DNA of 64,000 nt from Octopus sinensis (taxonomy: Eukaryota): positions 194,680,001 to 194,744,000 of the forward strand of contig NC_042997.1 of the NCBI RefSeq assembly GCF_006345805.1, read 5' to 3'. Every line of letters begins with the position of its first letter. The first letter of the stretch is position 1. Position numbers and translations under genes: made by a program. Shown here piece by piece: positions 62,059 through 64,000 of this stretch. The notes beneath the pieces are model-generated. The model saw only the letters and a program-made list of their open reading frames with translations. It made no database searches and was not told the origin of the DNA.

Positions 62059-62724
62059 GAATTTAATTTTATTTAATTTATATAAATTTTTTATGTATTG
62101 GATTAAGTCTTTCTTTGTTTGATTTGCATAATAGTGGTTTTGTCTCTAATTAATATTATATATATATATATATATATCGCCTATATATATATATATCGTA
62201 TTTACCTGGCCGGAGTTTTTCGCGGCAACCACATAGTCTCCGCTAGATAGCTGACCAGCGCAAAGCTTCTACATTTTTACGGAGACCACAAGCCCCATAA
62301 ATATGGAATCACACACACACACACGACTCACTTCCTCCAGTTTCCTCCTATCAAATCCTCTCGCAAGACACTTGACCAAGGTGCCGCGCAATGGGACTGA
62401 ACCTAAAGCCAGATGATTAGAAAAATGATAAAAAAATTTTTTAATTCTTAATCCATCATTGTAGTCCTGGGTGAGGGTCTTTCTGGATCTGGTTATCCCG
62501 CGGTGGTGGGTAACAAACGTACAAAGATACCGACTACCATATCTACTAACAAGATTTGGGTCGGTCCGGGGGTCCGTTTTCCAGAAAGTTATAGGAAACA
62601 GTCGTGAGGCAGGACACACATCTGTAATTATGCCCTCTTCGTATCATTAGATCCAGAGAACCGTCTTTAACGTAAGTTTTATTGTTGTCTGTACCATTTT
62701 ACTTAAGCTTCTTGAACGACAGAT

Positions 62725-62943
62725 TTGCAACTGCGATCAACACCAAATGTAGCGAAAAGTGCTTTACAGTGGAATCCGTATGGATATAGAAGGAAAGGTA
62801 GGCCTAAGAACTCGTGGCGTAGATCAACACAAAAGGAACTAGAGAAAGGGGGACATTCATGGCAGAGTATAAGTACAGAAGCGAAAAATTATACGACCTG
62901 GAATTCAACTATAAGTGGCCTATGCTCCGCGTTGGAGGGTTAG
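62725..62943 (+). mobile_element. RTE-clade LINE ORF2 C-terminus
   Basis: ALQWNPYGYRRKGRPKNSWRRSTQKEL...GLCS; the GRP..W motif is typical of RTE ends. Confidence 0.7.
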
Positions 62944-63136
62944 AGGCAGAAAAAAGATCAACATCCTAGAGAGATGGGCTCCACTCACTGATCTATTCTT
63001 GAGATATACAGATCTTCAATGATGACTTTCATAACTTTATAATTTCTATGTAGGCTCAAGTAATTGATGTATGACCCTGTTTACATGCAGGCGAAACTCA
63101 GAGCAACGAGAGGCTGACTCGACCAAAGAAAATACA

Positions 63137-63580
<444 letters not shown>

Positions 63581-64000
63581 TATGATATGGGTGGGGTGAA
63601 CACTGACTAAGGATAAATAATGCTTATCCAGTCTGTGCCACGTCTATCCACTAATCTTTAGAAATAAATAAATAAACGCAATTGACGACGGATTAACCGT
63701 CAAAAATATAAATATCTGGCGAGTTTAACAAACAAACACAGTTGCCAATACAATCGTTTAATTCTATCGTATACCGGATCCCGGCTCGCGAAACTATTTA
63801 AAGTCTTAAAGAAGAATCTTCCGGTTTTCTCCAATATTTTTCCTAACGGTTCCGTGAGGAAAAGAAAAAAAGAAAAAGAAAAATAGAACAACAGGAGCAA
63901 GAAGACGGAAATGGTTAATTGGTCAGAAATGTTAAATTTCAGTAAGAGGTTTGAATTTTCTTTATGTTCTGGCAAAAATGTAGGCTTTTATATATATATA

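Larger units (their letters stand above)
61733..62162. mobile_element. Penelope-like terminal-repeat remnant in inverted configuration, flanked by (TA)n
   Basis: Arms 61811-61981 and 61993-62162 differ at about 3 positions, with an 11-nt loop; hammerhead motifs in both arms; (TA)n on both sides. No RT or GIY-YIG coding sequence seen. Confidence 0.55.

Overview
Eukaryotic, AT-rich, repeat-saturated animal DNA. The SINE, LINE and microsatellite content looks like an octopod cephalopod (Octopus-like); this is inferred from recalled repeat families, not from a search. Two spliced genes could be rebuilt by hand with GT-AG junctions and matching phases. (1) On the minus strand, seven coding exons (10460 down to 1505, 290 codons) of a kinesin-10/KIF22-like motor whose 3' end lies left of the window. 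(2) On the plus strand, three coding exons (47355-51985) of a 128-aa protein that is almost nothing but an RGS domain. The genes point away from each other across about 37 kb of nested mobile DNA: several tRNA-derived SINE families, GG-ended MITEs with 8-9 bp target-site duplications (TSDs; Merlin-like), piggyBac-like MITEs, Helitrons, and fossils of CR1, RTE, R4/Dong, CRE and Gypsy. The most striking unexplained structure is a ~350-bp near-perfect palindrome at 61.8-62.2 kb with a minimal type-I hammerhead ribozyme motif in each arm (Penelope-like). Two more decayed hammerhead-like termini lie at 46.4 and 55.6 kb. Also notable are a SINE family forming head-less tandem multimers with GGTAYT target sites, and a 1.9-kb foldback-like element nested in a MITE. 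Nearly all ORFs in the supplied track are frames through repeats. Coordinates were counted by hand; repeat edges are approximate.
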